From positions 124,001 through 188,000 of the forward strand of contig NMRA01000389.1 in NCBI GenBank assembly GCA_002633005.1: DNA of 64,000 bases, written 5' to 3'. The translations under genes and the position numbers were made by a program. The stretch's first letter is position 1. Each line of letters begins with the position of its first letter. The notes under the pieces are model-generated. The model saw nothing but the letters and a program-made list of their open reading frames with translations. It was not told the origin of the DNA and searched no databases. Source of the DNA: Phoronis australis. Taxonomy: Eukaryota; Animalia; Phoronida. Positions 22,261-36,400 of the stretch are shown one piece after another.

Positions 22261-25200
22261 TTGTTGCAACAAATATGTTTTCAGTTTCAAACGTTCGCTG
22301 AACCCAACATTCTCAACAAATTTGAGACAGGCGAGATGATATCAGGTGCGGCACTTTACTTGATTGACCCAGTGTTTGGTTTGCCTTGGAACATCGTGAG
22401 CGATCGAATTATTGAACCAATCGTCATTTTTCATTGTGACATTGTCTCAGTCACAAGTAATTCTGTGTTGATCTGTTTTGTAGATCATGTTGATTGTGAA
22501 TGTGATAATTGACATTGACTGGTTGAGATTGAACGAGTCTCACTGTGAATGATTTAGATAAGGAAGTGGAATAACTACCTAATCTACTGTACTATCCCCT
22601 ACTTAATTTGATTTCTTGATATGTTCATAAAAGTCATTAAAAGTGTACTACACAGTAGCAGTACAGTATTTGTTTTTCGTCATTACTTGGAAGTCTACAT
22701 GCCATGGTTTTCATGTCTTAAAAATTGCTTTAATTGGTGTTTAGTTGAGGCTGGGTGGTCAACAGTTGTGTTTGTCTTTTTCCTTCACACTGTAACTGAA
22801 ACTCATCACTGGATTCATACAGGGTTTTCCTTTGAGACAGTCAGGTATTTGAGACCATCCCCAATCACGTCTTTTCATGAGCGCACTGTTTTTCGTTTTT
22901 TGAAACAGCATGCCCCAGTATGACGTAATTTACGGTGTGGTTTGGCTTTAGTGTAACAATCTTACTATTGCTGAAATGTATGAGACTTTCAGGTTTGCCA
23001 TAAACATACATAATTACATAATATATAATATTTAACTGGCTGTAACAACAGTTTTACATTGTACGATAATTTCTACAATCCTATTTTGCTATAATGTATT
23101 ATAAATTTCATAAAACTTGAGTTTTGAATTTAGAAAAAGTTGAATTCAGAAAGGATTAGTTAAAAATTAACTATCTTTACGGTGAAATTATAACTGTCGT
23201 ATACAGCACAAGGATTTCTCAAACTTTTACCTAGATCAAAGTGGTATTTCAATAGTTCTTTCATGGACTTCCATGTTGCTTTGAACCACATTTTTGCTTT
23301 ACAACATCTTCACTTCCATAACAATGCACTTCATTTCTTTCTCACACAGTTCAGTTATGTATTGTCCACAGTAAAACTTGCCTAAAAAAACTTCAGTTGT
23401 ATAGAAACATGACTTACTGAATCTAGGATAAAGACCACACTGTCAACTATCGCTTGGTGCTGTTGATACTTTTGCATAAGTATGAAGATACAAAGTATTG
23501 AATTTACAAATGACGCACATGTATTTCCTCTATCAGCTGCCTGTGTGTTATTTTTTGTTTGATCTGCAGTTTTCAAATCACTGTCGCGTCAAGACTTAAT
23601 AAGCTAGGAAAACAAGATCCACGAAAGTTGCAAAGAATGCACTACAGTTTATGCGAAGCTTAGAATTGTTGAAGTTCAGCCATTTGAATCTTGGTACATT
23701 TTTGTACATCCAATGTAACATAATTAGTTCAGATGTGATGACCATCTATAATACTAACTCACTGTTGTAACTGGTCCAGTACCCTTGCTCACCTGAGGAA
23801 AAAGTGAGAGGGGAATTAATTGGTTGAGGGGAAAATCCCCCCCCTCCCACTACCCTTTGTTGCCAATGCCTTAAATAACCAAAACTTTACCTTTCTGCAT
23901 AAGTGATTTTAGCCTTGATGATATTTTTTTAAACATTGGAAGGGAATTTTTGGGCCTGATGAGGGGAATTACACGATTTTCAAAAAAATTTTCATAGTTG
24001 AATGACATCGAAATAAAGTGAAGCAAAGTCGACTATTTCATCAACATTGCAGGTCCCAAAAGAGTCACAAACAAACTGGGTATGGTAGTTTTAATAGGTA
24101 ACAACACTTTTGTCTGGTAACTGACCATGCTTACTGATTGAGGCAGAGCTGTGGGGCTCTTATGCTGCTGGTGATATATGTGATACTTTTTGTAGTTCTC
24201 ACTAACACAGCTCAGTGAATTGGTCTTGTTTGCTGGTTAGAGGGATGATCAAAATAAATGATCTTATATATCCGATAATTTTGATTACCTCTGGTGGTTA
24301 GTTGCCCGATTTGCTGGTAGAAGCAGGGCATAGGATAATCAAAACTATAGATGATAGTAGATTTCAAAGTTATTGCTGTCTCCTCAGGTGCTGGGCAGGC
24401 CATGCCTGCTACTGGATGCTATCAAAAGCATGGTCTAAATACCTGATGATTTTGAATTTTATCGTGTCATTATTACCATCTATCAGAATTATTGGATATA
24501 TTGTTGATAGCATTCCAGCGCCCTGCCTTAAATTAGTAGGATAGGCCATTCCACTACAACAGATGCTATTGTGAACTATCTAAGATAACATTGATAGTTT
24601 CCAATGAGCAGGGCACCAGGCACCAGAACACTATAGCTGTCTCAGGGTTCTCCAGTTCCCAAAATTGGAAAATGATGGAAATGTAGTTGAAAGCTTGAAG
24701 TATGCGAGAACAAGTAGGTCAGGCCTGGGTAACAGGGGGTTTAGGATGAGGTCATTTCCTCTTGGAATCTTTTTGTTACGCTATTCTGATTGCAGTAAAG
24801 CATAAGGTAAAGGAGGTTTTGCACAACGCTGTAACACAGGGTGATTATAAGGCTGTGAACATTAGTTGGCTTAATACATTTAATGAGAGTGGGAAAGTTA
24901 AAGTTAACTGCTGAAATTAAAAGCGATCACTACGCCCTCTTAAAACAGCCCATGGTCAACATTATTGCCTGTGGTGAGGGATTGGTATTTCCTGCTGGAA
25001 AATGGTGAATGCTATTTACTTCTGGTCAGCCAACAACAGGATGTTAATACCTTATTCGTACTCACATAAAGTAGTTCCCTTCCTTCAGTTAAGTGTCTAG
25101 GGGACACTGTCAATGACCCTGTCTGGTGCATTACTGTGATCCTCTTGGAAGAAATACCTCTTTTGCTAGAACATCTAATTAATTACTGTGACAATGCCCA

Positions 25201-27270
25201 CTCCTGGCTTACATGCCATCCAGTTTCCAAAATTTGAAACCTCTAATAACAATTCTCATTTGACAACTTACTTTTAAAGCAGCTGTAAACATGTATTTCG
25301 TCAAAAAACTAAGTTTTGATTGACTAACCACTACTACCAATGTAGAATTGGCCTCAACTTGTTCCTTCTGAAGTGACTTCTGCTTTGCAAAGAATTGACA
25401 ATTTGTCATTGCTCGAGGCTATGACATGTTGACTTGTAGAGCCTGGTCTTAAGCAATAATGAGCTGTCACTTCTTTCCAGGGTCCTGAAATCACATCTGT
25501 TTTGACTGAGGAACAATTTGAGACCAATTTCTAAATGGTAACTGATCCGTCACAGAAGGTGGTATTATAGCTACTTTGATTCAATATTGCTATCACCGTA
25601 TTGAATATAAATACTATTATTATTAAATATAAATACTATGATGAATTTCTGTTTATGAAATGGAATGCCCTTTACAAAACTATGTTTTGCCACACAAGCA
25701 GCAAAAGTCTTGTCCTGTATTGCTTTAGCACTTTTTTGTTACGTGGTTGACATATCGTGTCATTTGCATAAGAAAACACGCAAAGTGTTACGATGTACCT
25801 TATAAGGGCATATTAATTATTACTCATACCGTGAGAGAAACCATAGTTTCTTGAAGTATAGACGATATTACTGTTTGAGAAAGTAATAAATACGATATAC
25901 GATATTTGAAACTAGAACCTTACAGATAATTACCAACTACATTACAAAGGTCACAATGACTAATGGCAAAACTATCTGATAGGTGATATTTTCTGTTACC
26001 TACCATGATGTCTTGCTTAAACGGATTGCCAGATTTTGTTAGAACTTTGACTCTGGGGTTTTTAGCTGGGAGAGATTAGACTACTGATGTACCCCTGTTG
26101 GCCATTCAGTGAAAAGGTCAACCTAGAGGCAAAAAATCAAAATTGCTGTAATATTGGTGTTTTTGTTCCCTTCTTAAAGGTCATTCTCTAGTTTCAGAAC
26201 TCATGTTTAAATTTCCTATAAACTGTCATTTTTTGCTGTACGATCCCATTTTGGAGTGTCAGTTGACCCAAAAATTTACATCTAGTTTAACGTGTGTTGC
26301 TAGTTTCTGTAATTAATAAGCAAATTATGGGACTTCCACAATATTATCAATTTTGTGCAATCATATGAAACCTAAACTATCAAAAAAATAATTTGACCCA
26401 TTGCACATCGTTGAACTCTTGGGGTTAAAGGCCAACCTCTAGATATGATGTTGTTAATCCGTCACAAAGAAGTGCTAAACAGTTTGGTGGTGTCCAAAGT
26501 TTTCTAGCAAAATTAAAGTAATTCCAGATTTTCTTTTAACTTATTACTCAACAATATTTATCAAAATTTTAATTCCCAGGGATTATTCGTAAAGCTAGAA
26601 ATCGTGTGTCAGACGCTCAGGTACATCTGTCACACCCACAAATTTTTCAGGTGATAGAAATCTGCTTAGTTATTATTTTTACTTTGCAGACCTACAGAAG
26701 ATAAAATTTGTTACACCTAAGAATCAACAATTATAAAATATTAATGATACAGTTATAAAAATCAAACCAAGAAGTTAGTACAGATTTAAACTAAATGTAT
26801 TGAACTTTCTCATTAGAAATGTATTTGTTGAAAAGTTATGTTTCATAGTAAACTCAAGTTATTCTTAGTAGAATTGAATTTGTTGAATTAGTAGACAGTT
26901 TGATCACATTCTGACATTAAACAGCGTACATTTTATTGAATTTATTGGTTGTTTTTGTGTTGCTGTCCCATGTTGGTAAAGATATCCTTGGTATTTGGAA
27001 AATGACGTGGTGAACTCAGAAGTTCAAAATAACAAGAGTCCCTGATCGAGTTCAGTAGCCATCTCGCGACTAGAAAAATCTAGCCAATATCTCGTGTTCT
27101 CATTTAAAATATACAACAATATCTCACGTAATCTGGCAGTCTTGGTTTTTAGCGAGGTCCTAGCGTACATCCTTGTGCTACTGAAGTCTACCCTGAAATG
27201 AATACATGTCAAGCTGCTTTTTGTTTTGATCTGGATCCCGTGATTTATTCTGAAAACCAGATGTTGAGCA

Positions 27271-27900
27271 TTTTTATGTACATATTGCCGTAATCTCTGT
27301 CTGGCGTCCGCTGTTGTATCTTGTAACTGTGATACAAAATTTTAATAAGATTTGGCAAATGTTTTCTTATAAAGCTGATGACAGATCAATTTTAGTTCTT
27401 AACGTTTGCCTTTGTATCTTCAGAGTTTTTTGACAGAATTTTATGAAATTTGGGAAATAGCTTTCTATTAGAAGACGACTACACCTTCTATTTTGGGATG
27501 GATGACATGTATTCTGCACCACCTAGTGGCCATTTGTGTTATTTTCGAGTCCGTTTTTGGTGTCAACTTCTCTAGCTGCCAAAGTGCTAAAAAATCGCTA
27601 AGAATATTGGTTCTTTTCCTACTGACAACAGCACGACTGATGTGGTTTTCAGATGGGCCGACTGCTGTAGTGCCCCTGGTGGTAACTTTGTTTTTTCCTA
27701 TCCACAGGTATATTTCCTTAACCTGGCTTTGTAGGATATCTGTGAAATTTAGCAATTAGTGTATTGCTATAAACATGACAACAGCTGGCAACTTCTTTTG
27801 GACAAACCCAGGTCCTGCTGTGCCTCATAATGGCAGTTCTACATGTTAGCTTCTGTATGATCTTTGAAATTTCTGGACGGATTTTCAAGAAATTAGTTGT
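27271..27900 (+). mobile_element. Helentron/HINE-like non-autonomous element, degenerate copy (3' boundary uncertain)
   Basis: tttttatg start, ctctgtctggcgtccgctgttgtatc core, and internal tgaaattt...ccctagtggc-type repeats shared with 33483, 38430 and 60877. Confidence 0.5.
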
Positions 27901-30435
27901 CAACTAAAGATAACTAGATTTTAGTTATGGAGGTGATGAAACTGTCCTGTTTTCATATGATTTGACATATTTTGCTCCATCTTGTGGCTATTTTTATAAT
28001 ACTAAGAAACACACCTAGAAGTATAGCTTTGTGTTGCTATTGTTTATATGGTAGCAATCTGTGACCTCTTTTCTTCATTATCTTTGTCACAGCTGCACTG
28101 TTGTCAAGGTTATGTTTTCCAGTGATTTTTGTGACTTGGATGAAATTGCTTTTGTAATGCTCAAATTGGCAGTTTTTATATATTTTTGGCAAAATAAGAA
28201 CATTGATCTTGCAACCTTTTTTAATAAAAAATGAATATTTGTTAATTGTTTTTCTGTTGAGCTTCGAGGAGATTAAACCTGCAGAAATTAGGGGGAATTG
28301 TTGGAGACCAGGGGAAAAATTGATGTCAACTGATGGAGGAATAAATGTCTACCTATCTAAGTCAAAGAAATGCCATCGTGAATTTTGAAATTGATAATTG
28401 TACCTGCATGAACCATGACAGGACCTTCCTTCACCCCCCCCCCCCCTTTAAAATTGAAGTAAAAATGAGTTAAAAGGTGAGTGAAAGGCTCAGGAACAGA
28501 ATCCAATAATTTCGCTAGCTCTCCCTCCACGTGCCTACAGTTCATATAATTTGTCTTTGCCTTTACACTTCAAGACAACACCTATGTCTTTCACCAAAAG
28601 ATGAATGCCTTAGGTCAATGCCGATGCTGTCAACTAATTGAAGCAATTGTCTTATAGACACTTCGTTAATAAGAAGATACCCAAGTCCTAATTGTGCTGT
28701 TATACTAAATAGTCCTGTTACTAATACTTTTAAAGCATCACCTTCATCAACACAACTATGCATCAGAACCATTAGTGGCGTAGCCAGACATGAAGTCAGT
28801 ACAAGCATAGGGAGTACTGTCTTTTAACAAGCAAATAATTAAAATACATTTTTTTATAAACTTATGAATAGTACTTCACGTTATATTATTTAAGATCTCT
28901 ACGTTATCTGTAGCTTGGAGTTTTTGTAGCTTCGAAAGAAGTGAGATTGGGTTATTGGTTGTTATATTACATCTTTGATTAAAAGTGTTTTTATGCGCCC
29001 ACATATTTATATATTACTAATATCTTATCGTAAATACCTAGCAAAACCTTGGCTGAGGTGATGATTTCATACAAAAGATGTATTTTGATTTAAAGAAAAA
29101 TTAATTTAGTTTTAAATCAGTTTCGGTTGGCAGTCTGGTTTGGTAAATACCAAGAATTGTCTATTAGTATGTGTACATGTTCAAAATTTGTTAAATTAGC
29201 AGACAAGTTTTTGTTATCACTGTAGTTATCTACCAATCAGAAACTTGATGTGTTTCAGGGGAAATACGAAAAATCCGTTTATTTTGTCAACAAAATTTTA
29301 AAGTCCTGTTTACTTAAAAACTTTTAGGGCCTTGCAAGGTAAATTGCTAATCTTCACATTATTTTCCCTTTGTGTCAGCTTCAGAAATAGTGCCCTAATG
29401 CATCTGCATCTACATCTATTGGTGGCTTAAATAAACAGTTGCTGTTTCTAAATCAAGTTAATCTCAAAATCGCCAATGGAAACTACTTGACAATTCTTTT
29501 GTCCACTTCTGGGGACAATAATCATTCTTTGGACAACCAAGGTTGAATTGAGCTCTTTGTTTCCTTTGTAAACTTGGAACTCACTATATTCAATATCTAT
29601 CTACAGTAAACATTTACTGACCCAAATGTAAACCCTAAAGGCTGCATTGAAGTCACACAATAACACAGTCAGAAGGCCATGAGGCTTTTTGTCAAACTTT
29701 GTGGAAATTTGAAAAGTCAATATTCACATATCACATCAAAATCCGATCTATATTTTTCATCTCTATAGCCCAAACACAAAGTCAGGTTAGGTTTATATGA
29801 ATTCATTTCACATTCAAAACAAAAATGGCAGTTCTCACAAAAATGACATTCATGAGTTTGTAAATGAGTGTGCTATGATGTCTTTAAGCGTGAATTACCA
29901 TTTTCCAGACATCATGGATACAAAAATGTTATATGCTTTTATGGATTGAAGATAGATATAGTTATTTAATGAAGTGTGAAAGGATTTCAGAAAGTTGTCA
30001 TTTACCTTAACTTGGTCCGGAGTTTGTTTCATAAAAAGTAACTTAAGAATTAAGTCAGAAATTTGGTCCTATGCTCCACACCACTATTCCTGAAAATAAT
30101 TAAATCTCACTAGAGCAAAAGTGCAGTCTGCTAGTTACTGACATTATGTCTGTAAATAATTTCTACACTGTCATGTTCTTAGAATTACCTGCGGTAGTTG
30201 TGAAGTGGGTGCTTAAGACCAAACTTCTGTCCTGCGTCTTAAATCACTTTTCATGAAACTGACCCCTGGTGTCTGTTTTTGACGTTCTTAAAAATTAGCT
30301 CACAGTCTTGAATCAAAGTAAACATTGATATATTGCATGAGAAGGTCATGAGCTTTAGCCACCTATTTTAATCTCATTTTCCTTGTTTCAGAATAAGATT
30401 GAAACAAAGTTGCTGCTTCACTCGGTGCTAGCATC

Positions 30436-33400
30436 ATGGCAAGTAAAATCCCTCGTCGCTCCAACGTTTCCAGTTCTACGAAGATTCCCAAGTCACATTT
30501 TGTGACAAAGACATCTCCTCCACCGCCACTGACCCATCACATTGCGAAAACCTCCAAATTTGGTTTCCAGTATGATGTGACAAAAGAGGCAACTTTCCAG
30601 TCAAATTCAAGTGAAGTTATTGATTTGCACAAAAGCGGTGTGAGTGATACTAACAATGTGCATGCCGCTGATCCAACAGGGTTAGGTGAAGGAGTTAAAA
30701 CAGATGACCATGTTTCATCTCCTAGCCGGACCTGTGATGCACGAGTTCCTGCCAAACCTACGTCATCTGCCACTTCTACGTCTTCTAGTCAATCTAGGTT
30801 ACCGGTCGCTAATGTACATAGTTCCTCTCGACTTCCTGTAGCTGCGGGCAAACATTCTGATTTGAAGGGAAGCCCTTCAAAAATAAGCAGTCCAAAAGCT
30901 AAGGCGTCTTCTGGCGGAGCTACATCTTTTGGGTTCGAGTCTAAAATTCCCGTTACTGGCTCTAGGTCAAGCACAACACCAGAGAAGAGGCTCACCCAGT
31001 CGCGAAGCAATCCAGAATCCGCTACTGAATCTAAAATACCTCGAAGTTCATCAGCTCCCTCTAGAGATGTGGCTGTACCAACTGGTGGACAAAGATTCGA
31101 GACTTTTCTTATGACTGGCGACATGATGATCAGAACTTCACAATCCCATAACACATCAGATAGTGTCATGAAACCATCAAATGGCGAGGACCAGCCAGTA
31201 AACATTTCTCCTGAAAAGATTTTTGTTAGTGATCTTGAAAACGAAGTGAGAGATGAGTCGTGTGATGCAGTATTTATTGATGACACGTGTGAGCAGGAAA
31301 ACCATACAGAAACTGAGACTGTGAGTACCTTGATGGAGCAGTCTAGTGACACTGAGATAAGTTCACCTACAGTTGATATTGACGAGGTTACTGTGGAGTG
31401 TGATCCCTCCGATAAAGCGATCACGTCTAGCGATGACAATTTAGGTAAAAATTCTGAGGAATCGGACCAACTCTGCGCGGATGACACGAGTTCTGTCGAT
31501 TCACATACTGCTGATGTTAACCTGTGTTGTGAAACTTCTGACACTTCTCAAGAGGTCAGAAATATGCAGATTAGTAGAAGTGATGAAAAATTGTCTGGGA
31601 TTGGGCAGAACGCTGTCGGTGGTCACGAGGCATTACGAACTTGCAAGAGTCAGGAAGGCTATTTGCAGACTGACAACTTCAGTCTTCAATTAGTTGATAT
31701 AGATCTTGCTGAAAATCACTCGGCTTCCTATGATGCTCTTGTTTACGACTCGGAGCTGTCGTCCCCTGATGTACCAAACGTTCATGACCCCACTGCAAAG
31801 GGATCACTTTCACATACAGCCGAAAACACTTCTAGTCCTTTAGAGAAATCTGATTCGGCAAACAGATATTCACAGCAGATGTTCTTTCACGGTTTCATTC
31901 GTCTTGACTCAGAAAGGGAAACCACTCCTGAATCGAGTGTTAACTCAGAACTGGGTTATGAAGAAACTGTTGAAACTGTGTTAGAGAGAGAACTGGAGGA
32001 GAAGGTTGTCGCTGAAATGTGCGACATTGAAGAGGGGTCAGTTGCTGAATGTGAAGATGGACCTGTTCACTCACTGTCTAGTCCTGAAAGTGAAGACTCA
32101 GATCAAGAGAGTCTTTACTTTCATCCCCCGAAAGAAGTGGACAAACCTTCTGCTCAAAGACTGGCGAAAAGACTTTATCATTTAGAAGGATTTGAAAAGT
32201 CAGACGTGAGCAAGCAGTTGTCAAAAAAGTAGGTGACTATGTTTCTTGTAATAGAAATTGCATCACTAGTATTCTTTATGTCAAGTTTTGGGATTTCGCT
32301 GGGGACTGTTTTATCAAATGACGTATACCCGGTCAATTTCATGGTAATAGGCATGTGATAGTGAGCATGCTGATGATTTTTACTTGTAATAATAGTGTAA
32401 TCTCAACAATTACACTGAAAGAATAATTGTCGTAAGTGCCTGTTTTTCAAGAGCCTCGTAGTTGTGAATGGTAGCTTAGGTACAGACCTTGAAGGTATCT
32501 TGAATCTGTAGTCATCTTTTATGAAGAAAAAATGGGAAAAAGCACTTCAAATTGTTTGCTAATAAGATTTTACTGTTCTGAATTCAGCTACATCCTATAT
32601 TCGCTGTTAACGACTTTCTTCATGAACACAAAATATTAAACAGTGTCCCAGTAAAAATATGAATGCTCCTCCTAAGTTACAAGTATATAAAGTCTTTGAT
32701 AAAACAGCACTTGTTTAATAAGTGTAATTTATATTGGAATGCTTTGTTCATAACTTATGCTACTCTGAGATGGTCTTATGGCATGTCATTATTTGCTTGC
32801 TTGCTTGCTTGCTTTCAGCAATGACTTTGCCCAGTTTGTGGCTGAAGAATATTTGAGCTTCTTTGATTTCACCAACCTGACCCTGGATATTGCTTTACGA
32901 GAGTTCTTGTCTAAGTTCAGCCTGTCAGGAGAAACCCAGGAACGAGAAAGGGTTCTCGCCTATTTCTCTCACCGATATGTGCAATGCAATCCTTCTTCCT
33001 TCAAATCTGATGGTAGGTTTGTTGTTGTTTTTGTTGATGTTTTTGTTGTTGTTTTTGTTGCTTTTTATTGTTGTGAATTTCTTGTATACTTCGAATATAT
33101 AGGAGCACCAAATAAGTTATAATGAAAACATTCATAGTTGTAGTGTTAATATTAACTCTCTAAGTACAAATTAGCATCTATAAATTTTTTTTGTCAGCAG
33201 GTGAACAATGTCTTTGACTGATGATTGTTCACGACAAGAAACAACATTGCAATTTTTTCTACACATGTATGATATTAACAATGATCTGTTCTCATTTTTG
33301 TCAGTTTTCTATATTTAACTGATCCCAAGAAAAATTTGCAAAGATGCTGACTAATATTTCTGTCATTATTGTATTAAACCCATTTCCAAATTTTGAATCT

Positions 33401-36400
33401 TTTTCAGATGCTTGTCACACTCTTACATGTGCAATAATGCTTTTGAACACAGATTTACATGGACAGGTAAATGGTATTGATATTTATGCACCCACTTATA
33501 TAAAGTGGGTGGATATTGCTGTCATCTCTGTCTGGGCATTCGGCTTCCGCTGCTGTATCTGCTAAACTCCTTGCAGGAACTTTGTTATTTATTTATTTTT
33601 TATTATTTTTGAGTATTTTTAATATCTGCCTCTGGATCTGCCAAGTTGCTTAAAGGATTGTTATGAAACGTGTTTTCCTATTGAGGAGAGCACGACTGAA
33701 GTTGATTTTTGGATGAGTTTGAATACTGGGGTTCCCCCTGGTGGCTTTTTTGTTTAGGATTTACTTCTGCCTCAGTTTCTACATCTTGAGCAACCCTGAT
33801 ATCTGTATCGTTGTTGATGCACACGGTGGACGCATGTCAATGATCTTCATTTCTTTTTGTTTTATGTGTACTTGTGAAGCCTCGCCTATTACTTATACTG
33901 AAAGTAAATGTTGAATTTGTAATATAACATGGGCCCTGTGAAATGCTTGCGGTTTACAATTTGAATATAGACCCTTGGAGCACTTTGGTTACAGTTTGTA
34001 AAAAATTCTGAAAATTGACAATGCAAGGAAAATGTGGCCTAGAGGGAGATGAGTCTTCACATTGTGTGTCTGGGGTATGGGTTACTTGTTTTCAATTTAC
34101 TTGCCCTTTATTTCAGTCTGAAGGTTTTCACACCTAAAGCGTTCTTGAAAAGTTGCTTGTTATTTGAAATATTATGTAGTGCTCGAGAAGTCAATTGTGC
34201 ATTTCTGAAAGGGTCCTTCAGGGTGTGTTGTTACTGGAACCTTTTTTGTGTACAGATTGTGTTTTGTGCTACTGCAGTCCCATTAATGTGTGAGCCAGAC
34301 GGTGAACCTATAGTATATTGTTCATGTTTGAGCCAGACGGTGAACCTATAGTATATTGTTCATGTTTGAGCCAGACGGTGAACCTATAGTATATTGTTCA
34401 TGTTTGAGCCAGACGGTGAACCTATAGTATACTCTTCATGTTTGAGCCAGACGGTGAACCTATAGTATACTCTTCATGTTTGAGCCAGACGGTGAACCTA
34501 TAGTATACTCTTCATGTTTGAGCCAGACGGTGAACCTGTAGTATACTCTTCATGTTTGAGCCAGACGGTGAACCTATAGTATACTCTTCATGTTTGAGCC
34601 AGACGGTGAACCTATAGTATACTCTTCATGTTTGAGCCAGACGGTGAACCTATAGTATACTCTTCATGTTTGAGCCAGACGGTGAACTTATAGAATACTC
34701 TTCATAATAATTTCTTACAGAATATTGGAAGGAAGATGACAAGCTCTGAATTTGTTGAAAATCTTGCGGAGTTGAACGATGGTGATAATTTTCCAGTGGA
34801 TATACTAAAAGATATCTACTCCAACATTAAAACCGAACCTATTGAGTGGGCTGTGTAAGTGAAAAGTGTTTAAATCTAACTGTTTGTTAATGTAAATTAT
34901 TCAAGAGACATTTGAGCCTACTTAGTTTCATTATAACCACCTTGCTCAAATTTGTTTTCCTATTCTCAAATTTTAATGTGGTAATAGTTCACCTGTGCTC
35001 AAAAGTTGAGTCACAGCAAGTTTTCTACAATACTACCTCCTGGATCAATCTGATCATTGTGTAATGAATTACTTTTTTACCAGATCTAAATAATCATAAA
35101 AATGTACAAGAGTCAGTGAGTCGCCTCTTATCTGATATAATTGAAAACATTTGTCTGTTGCCTCAGTTCAACTTTTATCTGTGACCTGGCATCTAACATT
35201 TTAACTTAGACTCAAGACGTATCTACTCTGAATTATTATGGGTTGTCTTCATACTTGGCACGTAACGTCAAGATATACACACTGCGAAATCGGATACACT
35301 TAACATGCACTTAATTAGTTTTAGTAGAAAATTCCGAATTCAAGTCTGAGAGCCAACATTGAAGCGGTCTCAACTTCACTACTGCCACCTCACAGTACTG
35401 CATATAATACTAGACGTAGTATAGAGGTGGATTATTTGCATTTCAATCAATGCCCTATGGGAAGGTGGGGTATGGAACTTCAAAATGATAAAGCATTTAT
35501 GTGGTGTTGCTTTGAGGATATCTTTTCATTGTCTGCCGTTCGGTGTTCTTAAGTGGTGAGATCTTATCTTTTTCCTCACATCCTGATCTTGTTGTTTCAG
35601 AAATGAAGTGCAGGAGTCGGCTGTTGAAGGTGATCCAGCAAGGCGTGAACTAATTATAACATCTAATCCATTTTTAGAGGTATTTCATTTTTGTCGTGTA
35701 GAACAATTGTGCTCAAGTGCACTACAGCGTACATCTTGTGTGAGGAACTGGCATTGATTATCTCACAGTGATATTATGCTACCTGCTAATAAAAGTACTC
35801 ATTTTTGATATTTGTATTGAAATATTTTACTTGGTATCTATAGTTGTAAACGGTTTGAATCTTAATGATTAATCTTTTGTTAATGAATTACTTTTTCGAC
35901 ATGTAATTTCGTAAAGTGTGAGACACGGAACACAGGTGGCGTAGTGAGTTTTGTATTTTTGTAAATCCGGTGATTAACATGTCTTATTACTATGCTTAGA
36001 TTCCTGATGCCAGCAAGACAACAGAGTACAAGAAAGGTTATGTTTTAAGAAAATGTGTCCTGGATGTTGATGGAAGGCGAAGTAAGTTTAAGAACTGTAG
36101 AAGGTAGAGAGTATTACTCTTCCCTCTTCAAAAGTAAATCTTTGATTCATGTTCATGCTGAGATCATGTGACATTTAACTTTTGTGTCAGATAATCATTT
36201 CACTCACTTTCTGTTTTTCAGTCCAGTACTGGGGTCCTTAATACTTAATGTGTGATAATGCAGTGTCATTACAGCTATCAAGTGTATAACTTTTCTGAAA
36301 ACAGACCCAGATTTCTTATATAGCAATGATTTAACTGGTACTATTCAAGCGCAACAGCTGACTTTTGAAATACCTGCGCCATATTGAAATTCACAAACTC

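Noticed and set aside
24380-24600. Possible LINE reverse transcriptase remnant (HSTTTDAIV, LSKAW-like peptides)
   Set aside because: The fragments are short, in the wrong order and interrupted by stops; not supportable without a search.
30789-31544. 251-aa minus-strand ORF
   Set aside because: Antisense shadow of the Ser-rich PSD exon; no recognisable domain.
34287-34705. 38-bp array (and the 42-bp array at 13982-14151) as a CRISPR array
   Set aside because: Units are directly adjacent with no unique spacers, lie in eukaryotic introns and have no cas genes nearby.
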